Assembly: GCF_000281045.1 (NCBI RefSeq)
Contig: NW_008246074.1
Coordinates: 896,433-960,432, forward strand
Reading direction: 5' to 3'
Length of the DNA stretch: 64,000 bases
Source of the DNA: Saprolegnia diclina VS20
Taxonomy: Eukaryota
The notes below the pieces were generated by a model that ran no database searches, had not been told where the DNA came from, and was given only the letters and a program-made list of their open reading frames with translations. Positions 23,589 through 38,882 of the stretch are shown one piece after another. Each line of letters opens with the position of its first letter. Position 1 is the stretch's first letter. The position numbers and the translations under genes are program-made.

Positions 23589-24554
23589 TTACTTCTTCTT
23601 GTGGACAATGTTGTACAAGACGACCGACGCCGAGACGCAGCCGACAGCGCCGATGATGCCGTCGTGCAGCTTCTTGCCGAGGATGCGCTCGGGCAGCCGG
23701 ACGCCGGCCGTGTTGCTCGACACGATGAGGTCGCACGTCGACTTGAGTAGCGTCAGCGTCTTCTTCCAGCGCGCGCTCTGGACCGCGTCGATCTCGGCGA
23801 GCAGCGCTTGCGCGTCGTCGGGCGTCAGCGACTAGGCACGCTGTCGATGCGCATCTCTCGTGAGCAATTACGTACGTTGTCGGCCTTCTTGGCGGCGAGC
23901 GTGTTGTGGAGGTCCGTCTCCTTGTCCGTTTCCTGGTCGTACAGCGTTAGCACCCCGTTCAGATAGGATACTGACGGACCTGCTTGAGCGCTTCGTACGC
24001 GAGGACAAAGCCGGCGACGTTGGCGCAGAACCTATCCGTCGATCGCGTCGATCGGCCAGCCGTGGGACGTGGTACCAGAAGTAGCCGCCGCGCTTCATGG
24101 CCTCGGCGGTGTCGATGTTGAGCACCTTGTTGGCGCCAAAGAAGGCTGCGTTGTCAAAGAGGAAGAACGTGCACTAGACGCAACCACGCGATGAGGACGT
24201 CGAAGGCAGCATCGGCGTACCATGCCCACGTCCTGGACGAGCTGTAGGTTGCGCTGGTACGGCGCGACCGCCTACGCATCGCCGTGAGCGCCACGCTACG
24301 CGCCTTCGCACGCTTACCTTGTTGTTGAGCGTCGCCGAGATCTTGGAGCCATAGTTGAACGACTTGCCAACGCGGAAGGCCTTGCGCGCCGACTGCGTGG
24401 CCTTGAAGAGCGCCGTGAGCTGCTGCCCGAGGACGCTCTTGGGGTCGGCGGCGAGGATGTAGTAGGCGATCGCCCGCGTCGAGTACTGCGTGAGCTTGGT
24501 GAGCTTGTCGCGGCCCTCGAGGTCGTTGCTCAGCGTCAGGAGGGTGTCGGCCAT
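23589..24554 (-). CDS. PEX11: Peroxisomal biogenesis factor 11, multi-exon
   Basis: LEGRDKLTKLTQY, ARKAFRVGK and C-terminal LHDGIIGAVGCVSASVVLY. Ends in HKKK. Confidence 0.9.
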
Positions 24555-24774
24555 CGTCGTTTGCTGTCTGGTGTTGACACGACAGAAATTCTTGTGGCCA
24601 AGTTGCCGTTCCATCGCAACTTCAAGCTACGGTGATTGGCTAAAAAGATTTCCGATCGACCAATCCCATGAAAGTCGGACCAGATCTGGTATCTTATTTG
24701 CCGAGCGATAAGAACTGGAGCGATGAGGAACGTGTGTCATTACGCAACTTGCGATCTTCTTGCCTTCTTCCCCA
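24555..24774. promoter_or_regulatory. Bidirectional promoter between PEX11 and the GDH-like gene, with opposed CCAAT boxes
   Basis: GATTGG at 24634-24639 and CCAATC at 24660-24665, between divergent starts 220 bp apart. Confidence 0.55.
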
Positions 24775-26732
<1,958 letters not shown>

Positions 26733-26736
<4 letters not shown>

Positions 26737-29700
26737 GGCATCGTTGTCGTCGTTTGACCCGTTACGACGTGGACCCTAACCACCATAAGACATCCGCGTG
26801 GTGTCACTTTCTCGCATTGTATGATCCAGTACCAGTAGCGCACGTGCTGGTGGGGCGACAGCGCCCAAGCGCGTTCTTGCCAGTGGCCGCAGAGGCCAAC
26901 CACCGTCGAGTGGGCGTGCGCCGTCTGCAGCGGAAGACTGCCAACGCGCAGTCGCGCCGCGTCCACCGCAGCAAGTCGGTCCAACTAGCAGCAAAATGCA
27001 AGCCATCCTAGCAACATATCTTTGAGGCAGCCTACCACATAGGCGTCGTTGGCGTCAAGGCGCAGAGCCCTGGCCAAGAGAAAGCGTGCGGCCCCGAGAT
27101 CACCGAGCACGAGCTCGTGGTAGAGGCTACTTTGCACGAGCGCCGTACTGCGACTTGGCCATAGCACGACGCTCCAGCGCAAGAGATGGCCGAGCCAGGC
27201 CAGCATCGAAGGCGGCGTCGAGGATGCAGTTGCCCGCGCCATTAACGCGCGTCCTTGGTCGCTCGATGCGCGCTGACTGAGCAGGAGGAGGCTGTAAGCG
27301 TACAGGGCGACGCCGGGTGGCTGTCGCGTGCGCATTAGCGGCTCGTAGAGTCCTCGGGCCGACACCACGTCGAGCTAAGCGCACTGTGTTGCAAACCGCC
27401 GATGGCCGAGCGGCTTTGTACCTCGATAAAATGCGCTCGTAATGCACGGTGCAAGGGCGAGGCATCGAGCGCCGCGAGAGTAGCGCGCGCCGTCGTATCC
27501 TTGGGGTGCATCAGAAGCCCCCGTTGCAAAAACAGCCAGCGCCGCATTGACCGCTACACACTGCCCTTTTTACCTGCCGAATCATGCGCATGCGCACCTG
27601 GAGACGCGTAGCATACGTATCCATGACGGTGGACCACGCTTCGACACGCGAACGTCGACTCGCTGTGGCGCGCAGCAACGGCCCGAGCGCGGTCGGCAGC
27701 CGCCAGTACGCCCGCGCGCGAAGACGGTTGTACCTACGCCCCATGACGTGCTGTTGTTGGGTCGAGATGCGCACCAAAAGAAGCGTGAGAGCGCGCTGCT
27801 GGCCGCGACGTCCTCGGACGAAAGCTTCATGTAGTGCCACTCGGCACTCAACGCGAGAACGCACTTAGCGCGCTGCTGTAGCCGGCGCGTCGGTCCGTCA
27901 CGACGCGGCAGTGCGGCGCGAAACGCAGTGTAGTTCTAGTAGCAGGTAAAAAAGCATAGTGCGATCGACTCGAGGACCTCGGTAATGCAAGGGTCTGAAG
28001 GCGCCAGCGTCTGCGCTTGAAGAAAGCACGTTTCAGCGCGGTCGACGTCGTCGTAGATGTGGTCCAACACCAGCGCCAAGTGAAGCCATGCCGTTGGGTC
28101 GTTGGGATCGTAGAGGACCGCGTAGTGGAAGAAGGCGTGCAGGGCCAACGAAAAGAAGCGAGCGTCGTTGGTTGCAGCTTTGGCGTCGGCAATGCGCTGA
28201 TTCGCCTCTGCGAGAGTGTGCAGCCGTGGCGCTTGGCACGTCGCGAGCAGGTGAATGGCGTAGGCGCACGAAAGGACGGGGTGGGCACTCACTTTTAGCG
28301 CGTCACGGTACAGCGCCTTGGTGGTGCGGCCATTGCGCTTCCAATAACGTAAGACCATGGCGTTCAGTATGCTTCAAGGTACCTGGAAGGTATGTACGTG
28401 TAGCGTGTAGTTGATGATCGCTGCCGCACGTGTTGGCTCGGCCTTGTACTTGGCCTCGACCGTGGCATGGTACTTCAGCGCTTGCACAAGATAATACAGC
28501 GACACCGTCACAATGGGTCGCACGTAGCGCCGATACAAGCGCTGCAACGTGCCACGTCATGCAAATCACATCAAGTTGATACTTTCCGACCTGTAACCGC
28601 CGCGCCATGGCATGCTGCACCGCCAGAGACGCGGGGACGTGCGACCGATGCGACGACGCGGGCGGTGTCCAGTACGTCAAGTTCGACGTCGCATCGTACC
28701 TAGCGACACGAGTCGACTGCGCCATTTGTAGAAGGTTGTATACCAGTAGAGCTGCAAGCACTGGTGCAACGCTGTCGGGTCCAAGTACAACGACCATGAC
28801 GGACAGTGCAACACGGTCGATAGGCGCAGCGAGTACTTGAGCCGATGGCGAGGAGGACCGCCGCGGGGATGCCAGCCGCCGTCGCGCGACTCGACGAGGT
28901 GACGCACATAATGCTACGACACTACACTCATTTCCGAAGGAGGGCTGTTGAGCGTACATGCACCGACCACGGAACGTGGCGTTGACGGCAAAGCCAGCGA
29001 TAAGTGGCAGCCACGACATGGTCTGGGCCCTTGACAAACTCGCTCAAGAGCAGAGCACACGGTAGCGCAGTATCGGGGTGCACTCGGAGGGCGGGCGCGA
29101 AGTACGTGCGCCATGCCGCCTGTAGTACCTCTCGCCTCGGATCGAGCTCGGCGGCGCGCACGAGGAGGTCGCGTACTTGCTGCGGGACCTAGTGCGTTCA
29201 CATGGTTCTTTCGCCTGGTTGCAAGGTCGGCCAGACCTCGAGGCTTTCTGTATCGCACTGCAGGAGGCTAAGGGCGAGGCCGTAGAGCACCAGAGGCTCA
29301 TTTGGCGTCTCACGCATGAGTACTTCCAAGCTCTTTTGCGCCTCTTGAGTATCCCCGAGAAAGCTTAGGACGTAGAGCGCACGCTCCAGCGGCGCCATGG
29401 CGTCGGCCTCTCGCACGTAGTCTCTCGCCAAGCCCACGGCGGTACGCAAGCACGGCGCAAAGCGACGCATGACATGGTAGTAAATGCACATGCGGCGTCG
29501 CCACCAGCGCTATCCAAGTCGTATGCCTCTGTTTGCAAATTCAGGGTTTACCGCGACCAGCGCCGCCGCAGCAAAGTGCCGAGGCGCCGACACATCCCAG
29601 CGCTCCGCGTTAAACTGGGTTTGAAGCGCAGCTGGGAGTCGCCAGAAGACTTGTTCGATGTGCACATAGAAGCCCAGCGTGCGCGCGTCCGCCATATGAA

Positions 29701-32700
29701 TCTCGAGCCGCTTTGTACTGGTTGTCGAGAGGACAACGCGCGCCTGCGCCTGCATAGCTATGGACGGCCCGGCGTAGCGCAACCTGTAGCCGTCGCGCGC
29801 CAAAAGCTGGTATAGCCACTATATCACACCGATGATTTCGTATTCACCGCGCGGTTGTCGACACTGTACCTCATAACAAGGCGACACCGTGGGCACCGTT
29901 GTGAGCTCGATATCGAGCGCTTTGCTAAAGAAGTTGTACGCTTCCCGGACGTCCTTGGCCACGTGGTAGCAAAGGACGCCAGCGGCAACGAGTGCGTCGA
30001 CATGGCGGGGGTTGCCCACCAAGTGCCACGCGAGTGCGCGCCAGAGCTTCAACTCGCGCAGTCGCATCGTTCCTGCAGCTTGAAGCGACTGAAAGATGCG
30101 CACCGCCCGAGGTAGAAACAGCGTGCGCGTATCGAGAATCGAGCCCAGTGCCAAGCATAGCTGCAGCTCAGTCGTGCTGGACGACCGTAGTTGGGCCGCG
30201 GCCAAGCGCGAGAGCCATTCCGACTACACGGCCATCGTTAATATACCATCATAAGCGAGTCGACACGAACAGGCGACTGAGACCAGCCGTGCGCGACGAG
30301 CTGCAGCATTTCATCGTCGTCGTCGTTGTTGACGTCCGCAGCCGGAGGCTGAAGAAAAGCCAAGTTGTGGTACAAGCGCGTCGCCATCGTATGGGTGCCA
30401 ATGGCATGCTGCTTAACCCAGCGCTATGCAATTACACGTCAAGTCGACGAGAGTGGCAAAGGGAAGGCGTACTTGAAGGCGCGTTGCGAGCTCGTCGAGC
30501 GTGCACGCCGCGATCGGAGCGCAGTAGAGAAGACGCTTTGGCGCTAGAAACACCCGGCGGGCGACACGATCCCACCTACGCAATTAGAACATGCTCCCAG
30601 GTCGAGCACAGCTACCAGTAGAAAGAGAAGGCGGCTCCGAGTACCCGCCGTCGCTCGATAGATCGTGGCCCGGTCGCAAATACCGTCGCACTCATGTGTG
30701 CGTTTGCACGGAGCGAGACGATCTTGTACGCAGACGTCGACGCCAGATGCCCCTCGTGCTACCCAGCAGATGTGACAACATGCAAAGGCCGACGTTTCTA
30801 CCTCCGTCACCAGAGGGGCAAGCGCTGGTGCGACTGCGAGTGCGCGCCAGTAGTAGCGTACTGCCAGCACGGGCAAATCGGAAATGTACTGGTGCACAAC
30901 GCCCGATACGAAAAGGGCCAAGCCGTTCGTCGGGCTGGCAACGCGCGCGAAAGCGACGACGTCTCCGAGGAGCTGCCACGTTGCCGTCGTCGGATCCAGG
31001 CTGGCCGCTGTCGTGAGCATGACGCGGGCGGCGTCACAGCGCGGCAACTCGAGCGCTGCCGCAAGTCCTCCACAGCGCAACTGTACAGGATCCCGCGCCG
31101 TCGTCTCGGTTCCGTACGACTGCAGCAGCTGCTCGATCGACGCAAAGGTGTCCCAAAGGGACTTGGCACCCGAGAGGCGGGCGGGCGAAGACGTCCACAC
31201 AAAGAGAGGCCTCGCCCACGACCGCCGGTACCACGCTTGGAGCCGCCGCGCCGCCAGCTGCCAATGACGCCGACGCACCGCCTCGGGCAAATGCCATCGA
31301 TAGCGCTCTGTCTTGGTGTTGTACCTGCACTGTCCATGAGCCTCACGACACGTGACGTAGATAACGACCAGAACGTGATGCGGTCAACGTGGCAGCGCGT
31401 CCACGGAGCCAATGAATCCGCCGCATCGTGCGACACGAGAAGCGTCTTGGTAGCACCAAGCATATAGGAGGGCGACGTCCCCTGCAGTGGTCCTCGCCAC
31501 CGCCGTGCATGTAGAAAGCGTTGGTGCATCTAGTCGCGCGTGTCTCCGCGTTCGATGGTAGGAACCGCAATACCTCGGAGAGAGTAGACTTGGCGGCAGG
31601 AAAGTTCAAAAGGCTAGTGCTATAGACGCGCTCGGCCACGTCCAGCCGCGGCGTAAGGTACTGCAAGCAGAGAGCGTAGTTGAGCCTGCCCCACCATATG
31701 CAAGGATGGGCCGTGAGAGCCGCTTGGCTGTGCAGTAGCAGCAGCAGGGCAGCGTCGGCGCGCGTCGCCAACCTTTGCCAGTGCCGTCGCCAACGCAAAG
31801 CTTTCTCGCACTGGCGTTGCGCCCCGAGCACGAGCAAGAGACCACCGACAGCGAGTGCGTCGGTTGGATCTGCATACACCGCCGCCGTGTAGAGGGCTTG
31901 GGCGTCGCGCCACCGACCCTAATGGTGACGCATGTGTCGTCAACGGATCGAAGAAGAAAGTACGCACCAGCTCAAAGTGAAGGCCGAGGGCGCGCCGCAA
32001 GGACTCCGATGCGGGTTGTGGCAAGTAGTCGTCAAGACTACGGTACCCCAAATAGTGCCGGCGTTGCGTCCATACCCGGCACCAAGTCTAATGCAAAGCC
32101 ATGGCCAACTTGAAATGTTGATACAATGTACCTGCAGCGTCTCCACGGCCCGGCGTTGCGCTTCACATGCGACGATTGTGTCCATAGCCGCGGCAACATC
32201 CGGCGACATTGTAGCGCGATGGGGTGCGCTCGCAAGCAGTCGCTCCCACACGCGTTGGCCCGTCGGTGCGTGGACCCTAGTGTCAGCGTCAAACCGCATG
32301 AGCTCGATCCCACAACGACCAGAAAAAAAGACGACGCAGCCGGCTTTGGCCTGGGTGGCGCTCAACGTGGTGCTCCATGCGGTACCAGACGTCGATGCGG
32401 GCGATCGCGCGCGAGTGTTGGCTCCAATACAAGCCTCGCGACGGCCCTTGGCCCGACCAGAGTGCTCCCAGCATGCGCTGGCGCTGGAAACGAAGATAGA
32501 CCTACGAGCTGTGAGATCTCCCCGATATTGCAGTTGTACCGCGTGGGTTTGAGCCGACTCGGTCGGCGTCGACGCGAGGCGCGAGGCGCGGCACAGGAGC
32601 CGCTCGGCCACGTCGACGTCGTCACAAAAGAGCTGGCGGTAGAGACCATAGTAGAGCCATGTGCGACACGCGTGCGGTCGCGTCACGACAGCAAATCGCA

Positions 32701-35700
32701 GCGACGTCATCTCGAGCGGAGACCAATCGATGCGCTGACGTCGCAGCTGCTGCAACTGAAGCGTCATCGCCTGCGGCAAGTACGCTTGTGCAAACGCATC
32801 GAGAAGCAAAGCCCCACGAACTAGAGGCTCGTTCGGGGTCGTTGTCAAGAGGGTGTGGTAGAGCGCTTTGGCGCGGTCAGCATCATGCTAGGGTAAATAA
32901 GGGTTAGGTCTAATTAGTAAATCACAAATGAATTCTATAGTCGTCGACGTTGTACCAGCACAAAATGAATGTGGAGAGCGACTGTCAGCATGCGCCGATG
33001 CGAGTGCCGGTCGTCAATGTACCGGGCCTCGGCAAACGTGTTGGTCTGCAGTGCCCAGACCGCTTCGGTCAGCGTCGGAAAGAAGAGGTACCGCTGCGTC
33101 CTCTTGCGGAGCCAGCGCTAAAGCTTGTCCAGACCTCTTCTCCAATAACCGAGTCGGTTGTACCTGTAGCACGGCTGCCGCCACCTCGAGACGCCGCGTC
33201 ACCGTCAGCGTGGGGTACGTAGGTTCGACAAGGCCGTCGGCGCCGAGCGGTTTGGCCGTCCACACAGTTGACACGGGTGTAAGCGCCGGGTATCGCATTC
33301 GAAATGCTGCATAGTTCTAGACCAGCATATTCAGTGTTCAGCCAACAAGGTCGTAGAGTACGAGCAACAGCATTGGCGACGGCGACCGCGCCAGCGCCTG
33401 CGTATATACATCGAGCGCCCGACCCGGTCGATGGCTCACACGATCTAAAAAGACAGCAAAGCTCTCGAGCACCAGCGGGTGCGTCGGTCGGTGCAGATAG
33501 GCCGTCTGGTAAAAGAGATATTCGATCGAGTCGACCGACGGCCGGTGGAGATGGCGACCGTAGCGCTGGAGTTGGAGGTGGGCCCACCGCCGCCAATGTG
33601 GCGCCGTCTCGGTCGCGAGCCAGAAGGCACTGGCGCAGCAGTGCACAAGCGCCGTGTCGGCGAGGCTGCGCTCTTGCGAGAAACAGAGCCGCATGGCGTA
33701 CTCGTAGAGCAAGGCGGCATGCGTCCGCGCTTCGAGCTAGTACATCATCAGGAGACAAGTAAGGGCATACCACTGTCTACTTGGCCCAAGTGCGTGGCGA
33801 GTGCGACGTGCAAGGTTGAGAGATCGTGCACCGCGATCGGCAATGTCGGCTTTTGGTTGTCGAAGCGCTGGGTGTGAGCAAGAGCCCGCACGCACTGGCG
33901 AAAGTTGTGGTTGAACATCTGGTGGCGAAACCAGATCTACCAGACTCGACTCGAGCGCGACCAGACGTGGCTTTTTCTACCTGCACCACGACGGCGGCGT
34001 CCGGAAGCGACAACCGCACGCGTCGCGCGCGCCGAGGGTAAATGTAGTACGGTCCGCCACCAAACCATTGGGTCGTGTTGCGAATGTGCTGGTACTCGAC
34101 CATGCTGTGTGTTGGCGTCGAGGACGATAGAAATATTGTCAATAGCTTGGGCGACGAGGTGCGCCACCACCCCGAAACACGGTGGACATATTCGTACGTG
34201 CTGCGCACCTGCACGCGCACCCATTGGTCGCACGCTTGTTGAATCGCGCGCTGCAGTGCGCGACGGCGCCGGTAGTGGCACTGGCAGGCGAGCGCCACGA
34301 GGCCCTTGGCCGCCGCTGTGACGTCGTCGGTCGTGGCGAGTGTGTAGCCGCCCTCCGCCGTTGCAATCACATGCAGTCGGTGGAGGTACTAGAAAAGACA
34401 ATTATGGCAACTGAGATCGATGACGATGCCGCACCGTCATCACATCGGTGGGCGATCGGTATGGTTGCACCGTCTGCCACACAAACGAGTCTCTACACCG
34501 TTGCAGGAATGACATCACGCAGCTTGAGGACGATGCCAGACCGTGGGTTGTAGATGCGAAGGGTCACGAGCCCCGTGGTGCGGTACGCCTCGACAATCAT
34601 GCGATACAGAGGTGGCGATGCAGGCGGAGCCCCAACGGAGGCCGGCTCAAAGCACCAGACGCCAAAGTGGACGCACTCGCCACGCCGGTACGTCACGGGT
34701 TTGACCGAGAGGCGCAGGGTACTTGGAGGCACGAGCTGCAGCCGCGGAGTCAATGCACTTAGCGTCAGAGCCATCGACGCGGACGCTGGCAGGCAAAGAT
34801 GCTCGGTCAATAGCGACGTGGAAATGTGGAGGACATAGACAGCCGACGTGATAGGGTTGTACGCCGAGAGGGTTGCGACGGTGGGCTGGCGCGCGTCGCG
34901 GTGCAGGGACACGAGCAGTCTAGTGCTGAGGTGTCTGTGGGTAGAGACCGTGATCGCACCGGTCCACCGACGTTCATGGCGCCGCCGGCGAAGACGGCGG
35001 TCGTGCCAGAACGCTGCTTTCTCCGCGCGCACTTGTCGGTCCCGCTGTACTTGGGCTTGAACGGCTTTGCGTCGGAGACTTCGGCGCACAAAGCAGACAA
35101 GGACGAGAGCGCTTCGCATCTCGAGCGCGGCCCGGAGTCTCGCGTGGTGGGCAGCAAGCTGCACAAGGTACCGACGTCGCTGGGCGTAGCAGCGCCAGAG
35201 CGCTTGCAGTCGTATCGTTCGCCAGCGCAAGAGGCGAAATCTACCGCCACACCATCAGCCGCGCGCTCCCAAATCCCATATAGTTGCTCGTTACTGAGTA
35301 AAGGCGCGGTAGCCGCGATGCGTCGCCTGCAGTCGCACGACAGCACAGAGGCGGCGGCCCAGTCGTCGTAGCGCCATCTCGGTCGCTCGAGACAACAACT
35401 GGCGTTGCACGGCCACAGGGCCCTGCACAAGGACCCACGCGTAGATGAAGAAGGCGATTGCGTCGTTGGGCGTCTTGGGCGGCGGGTGCGCGGCCGGGAC
35501 GTGCTTGTACGTACTGTGCGCCATCGCCACCAAGCACGTTTTCCAGTCGGGCAGCAGAAGCGACGATTGATGCGGTCGCAAATGCAGTGAAAAGTAGGCG
35601 TGGACGCTGGCAGCCGAAGTGAGGAGCAGCACCGTGTGGAGCCGGTAGCTCTTGAGGAACAATGAGAACTTGACGTTGGTGACGCCGTGGGTGACAGGAA

Positions 35701-38341
35701 AGGTGGTGCAGAGGTCGTCGTAGAGGATACCAACGCAAATGTCGAGCGGGAGCGTCTGCACCGCTGCCTACGAGTGGCCATCGTCCATACAAAGGTTACG
35801 AAAACGACGACGTACCTGGACGAGGTGCAGCTGGGACGCCACTGTCTCTAGCAAGACGCGCGTGCATAGCTCGACGCTGAATTGCGTTGTCGTCGCGGTA
35901 CTCGCCACGTGCGATGCGAGGTACTGCTCCATGCGGCCATCGAGCTCCCAGGGAAACCGAGGGTCCACGAGCACTTGGCGCAGATGTTTGGTGCCAAGTA
36001 GGTCCCAGCGGTCGTCCGTCACGACGGCAGGATGGACCGTGACGGTACCAGCCGCCATGTTGACGGCCGTGACGGTGTACGTGTCACCATCGAGTGACAA
36101 AGAATCGCCCGGCGAGAGCTGCCAGTGGCTAAAGCGCGCCTGCGTCTACGTCAAGAATGAATCGATCACGTCATATGCAAGATATGCCGCGTACCATAGC
36201 GCTATGGCTGCAACGAAGCGTGTCGGGTGGGCAAAGCACCGTGAGTGTGCCGGCGCACACAAGGGCTACGTCGACGCGCCGGTGGTGCAAGCTGAGAGCA
36301 CTGCCGTGTCCAATGTTGGCTGCACTCAGTCGTGTTGTGATCGGCAGTATCGTATGCGGGGTTGACAGGACGCACACGTCGTGGGTCGACGCAGCGTCGA
36401 TCCCATGCTACGTGAGAAGAATGGACAATGTGTCATCCTCGAATCTCGAGAGGCAACAGTACCTCGCATCGCAGCGCGTCCAGAACGTCCTGCAGCGTTG
36501 TCGAAACGGTGGCACGTACGTCGACGGTGAGCACGGCAGACGGAATGTCCACCTATCGACAACTTATGGTGAAGCATTTTGCAAAGGTGACGAGTACGTG
36601 GAGTGTGAGCGTGCAGTGCGTGCGCGGGGGCGACGCCGCGGCCCGTTGCCGCCGCGCTTCGTCGCGCTTTTCGATATCGCGGTCCATGTCCGAGATCTCG
36701 TGGGGGAAGAGCCAATTATAGTGTTTGTCTATCGCAGTTGGCACAAACACATGGTGACGCGTCTCTTGTCGCGTCTGCAACTGAATATCAATGCGACGCG
36801 GCGGCGAGATACACCACGGGCGCCGACTTGGCTCCAGCGCACGTCCAAGGATGCTGCCGCGATACAGGAACGCATACGGCTGCGGTACTTTCTATAACAT
36901 AACAAAGTAGAACAAAGTGTCCCTACGACAGCTTGTACCGGCAGGTCGAGAAGCAACCGACGGACGTCGGCATACGAGCTAGCTGCCGTGAGATCGACGG
37001 AAGCCACAATGGTGTCGGTGCCGTGTATACCGACCAGATGCAACGATGGCGACGCGTCGCAGTGCGGCGCTGCGATTCGCAGGAGCGGCTGCAGTCGCGC
37101 CACGTAAGCGTCGAGTAGCGCCGGCTGCGCTCGCATCGACCGCCCGTCGGCAGCGTGTAGTGTGTGCGTGAGCACTGGCCCGCTTGTCGACCAGAGCGTG
37201 ATGGTCGTGTCGTTCGAACTGTGTAGGCGCACCAGGTAGACACGTCCGCCCATTCCCACCGCCCGTCGGACAGCAGGGTGACAACTATGCGCAGTCGGCA
37301 GCTCCAGTGGCCTACGGCAGCGCCGATGCTGCAGCAGTAGCTGGAGCAACCAAAAGCTCAGTTGCGCCATACCAAGGCTCTCTCGCAGTAGGACACTGGG
37401 GAGCCATGCGGTCTCGCCAAGCAAGGTGGCCGCGATCTCTGTCAGCGCACTCGGTAACATTTGATCCGAAGCGCGCAGTCGGTGCAGGAGCACGCGTGGT
37501 GGGGTCTCGTAGAAGCTCATGCCGACAAGGGATGTGATGGCGTCCGTCACACAGTGCAAGCCACGGGGCGGGTGGACGACCGCTTGGATCTGGGCTATCG
37601 CTGCAGGGGAGAGCGCGTTAAGCGCGTGGTCGAGAAGACCCTTCGTCGGTATGACATGCTCCACCGCGTCCTTTGTACACGGCGGCTGCCAGCCCAATAG
37701 AAAGTCCGCGTCTTGCAAGAGACTGTCAGCCGCCGCTTTGTAGCAACCGGCCACGGCCTCGAGCTCGCACGATACAAAAAATGGGTTGGGTGGCGTCGAT
37801 ATGTTGAGAAGCGCGTGGACGTCCAAGGTTTCACGGGCTAGAAGGGTTAGGTACGGCGCGCCCTGCCATCGAAAGCTCGGTGTTGCGGGGGCTCTGGCGT
37901 GCGCCGCCGTCTCGCGTTTGGCCGCGCGCCATTCGAGAAGCGTGAGCACGGCAGTGTTGGTTGCGTCACCGAGGCGTCTCGCCAACTCGCTGGTGGCGGT
38001 CGGTCGGTCGACCTTTGACGCCTCGCGACAGAGAAGACGCATCTCTTGCACTAGGTCGGCGCGTGATAAAATGGCTTTGACAACGCGGCTCTCGGCGACG
38101 GCGATGGCGTGCGTGGCGCTATGCTTGCGCAGTGGGGCCAAGACCGCTGGTGGTTTCTTGAGCTTGCGCTTGTAGCGGGCTGCATATGGCGATGACTTGG
38201 CCACCTCGGGCAATGCGAGCGCCACGTAATCGCGCAGCATCGACTAGAACACACGCATGTATGGCGAGCAACAGTACTTTTCGACGGCGTACCGGCTTGG
38301 GCGGGGAGGATACACAGGACGTCGGGGGCAGCGCGCTCATG
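26733..38341 (-). CDS. Giant multi-exon protein with IQ-like motifs, many TPR/HAT-like helices, WW-like motifs and a dynein-MTBD-like segment (could be more than one gene)
   Basis: A continuous chain of minus-strand ORF blocks separated by short GT-AG introns. Contains RLQALWRCY, RLQATHRGY and RLQAWYRR; repeated L.yal.l......D...A...y..AL; and terminal W.....RYWVHVVTGQTTTTMP*. Confidence 0.6.
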
Positions 38342-38408
38342 CAGCACTCGGTCCAATCGACGTCCTTTGAAGATCGCAGACGCACGCGAAACGGTCGCTC
38401 GAGCGAGA

Positions 38409-38477
38409 CAGATAGATGGATACAGTGTACAGTAGGTGGATAGATCGATGGATGGATAGATCGATGGATGGATCGAT
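38409..38477. repeat. Degenerate GATA/GGAT/GATC tetranucleotide microsatellite
   Basis: gatagatggata...ggtggatagatcgatggatggatagatcgatggatggatcgat. Confidence 0.75.
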
Positions 38478-38882
38478 ACGACGACGTTTTTCGCGTGAAT
38501 AAGCCTACGGGAGCCGCCTTGGATTGATCGCTCGACTCTGTCGTTGTCATTCGACTGCACGGATACGCAGAGCGTGGCGTTGAGCTTTACCAGATAGTCT
38601 ACTGGTCAACAGGAACGGAATCTGGGCCGACAACCGTGCGGTCTGAGTCGCGACGGGCGATCTGCCGAGTCAGGTGCGTCTGAGTCGGTTGCCATCGTCG
38701 TGGATCCTGCACTCGAATTTGCATCGTCGAGTAGCTCGCTCGTCGCAAAGAGGGCGGCGCCCTCCACCGCTGGTGTAGTTGGCATCCGGTTTTATCAAGT
38801 GCAATCGGGCGTGTAGTCAGACTCAGAACGCGTTCTGTTATCAGATGCGCCTCAGACATGCGGCCCACGACTCACTTTTCCA

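Noticed and set aside
32885..32940. AT-rich patch with telomere-like TAGGG/TTAGG words as a gene boundary or interstitial telomere
   Set aside because: It lies within a minus-strand GT-AG intron joining ...HFVL to HDADRAKALY, and there is no tandem TTTAGGG array.
38409..38477. Repeat array as CRISPR-like
   Set aside because: Simple tetranucleotide microsatellite in a eukaryote, with no spacers or cas genes.
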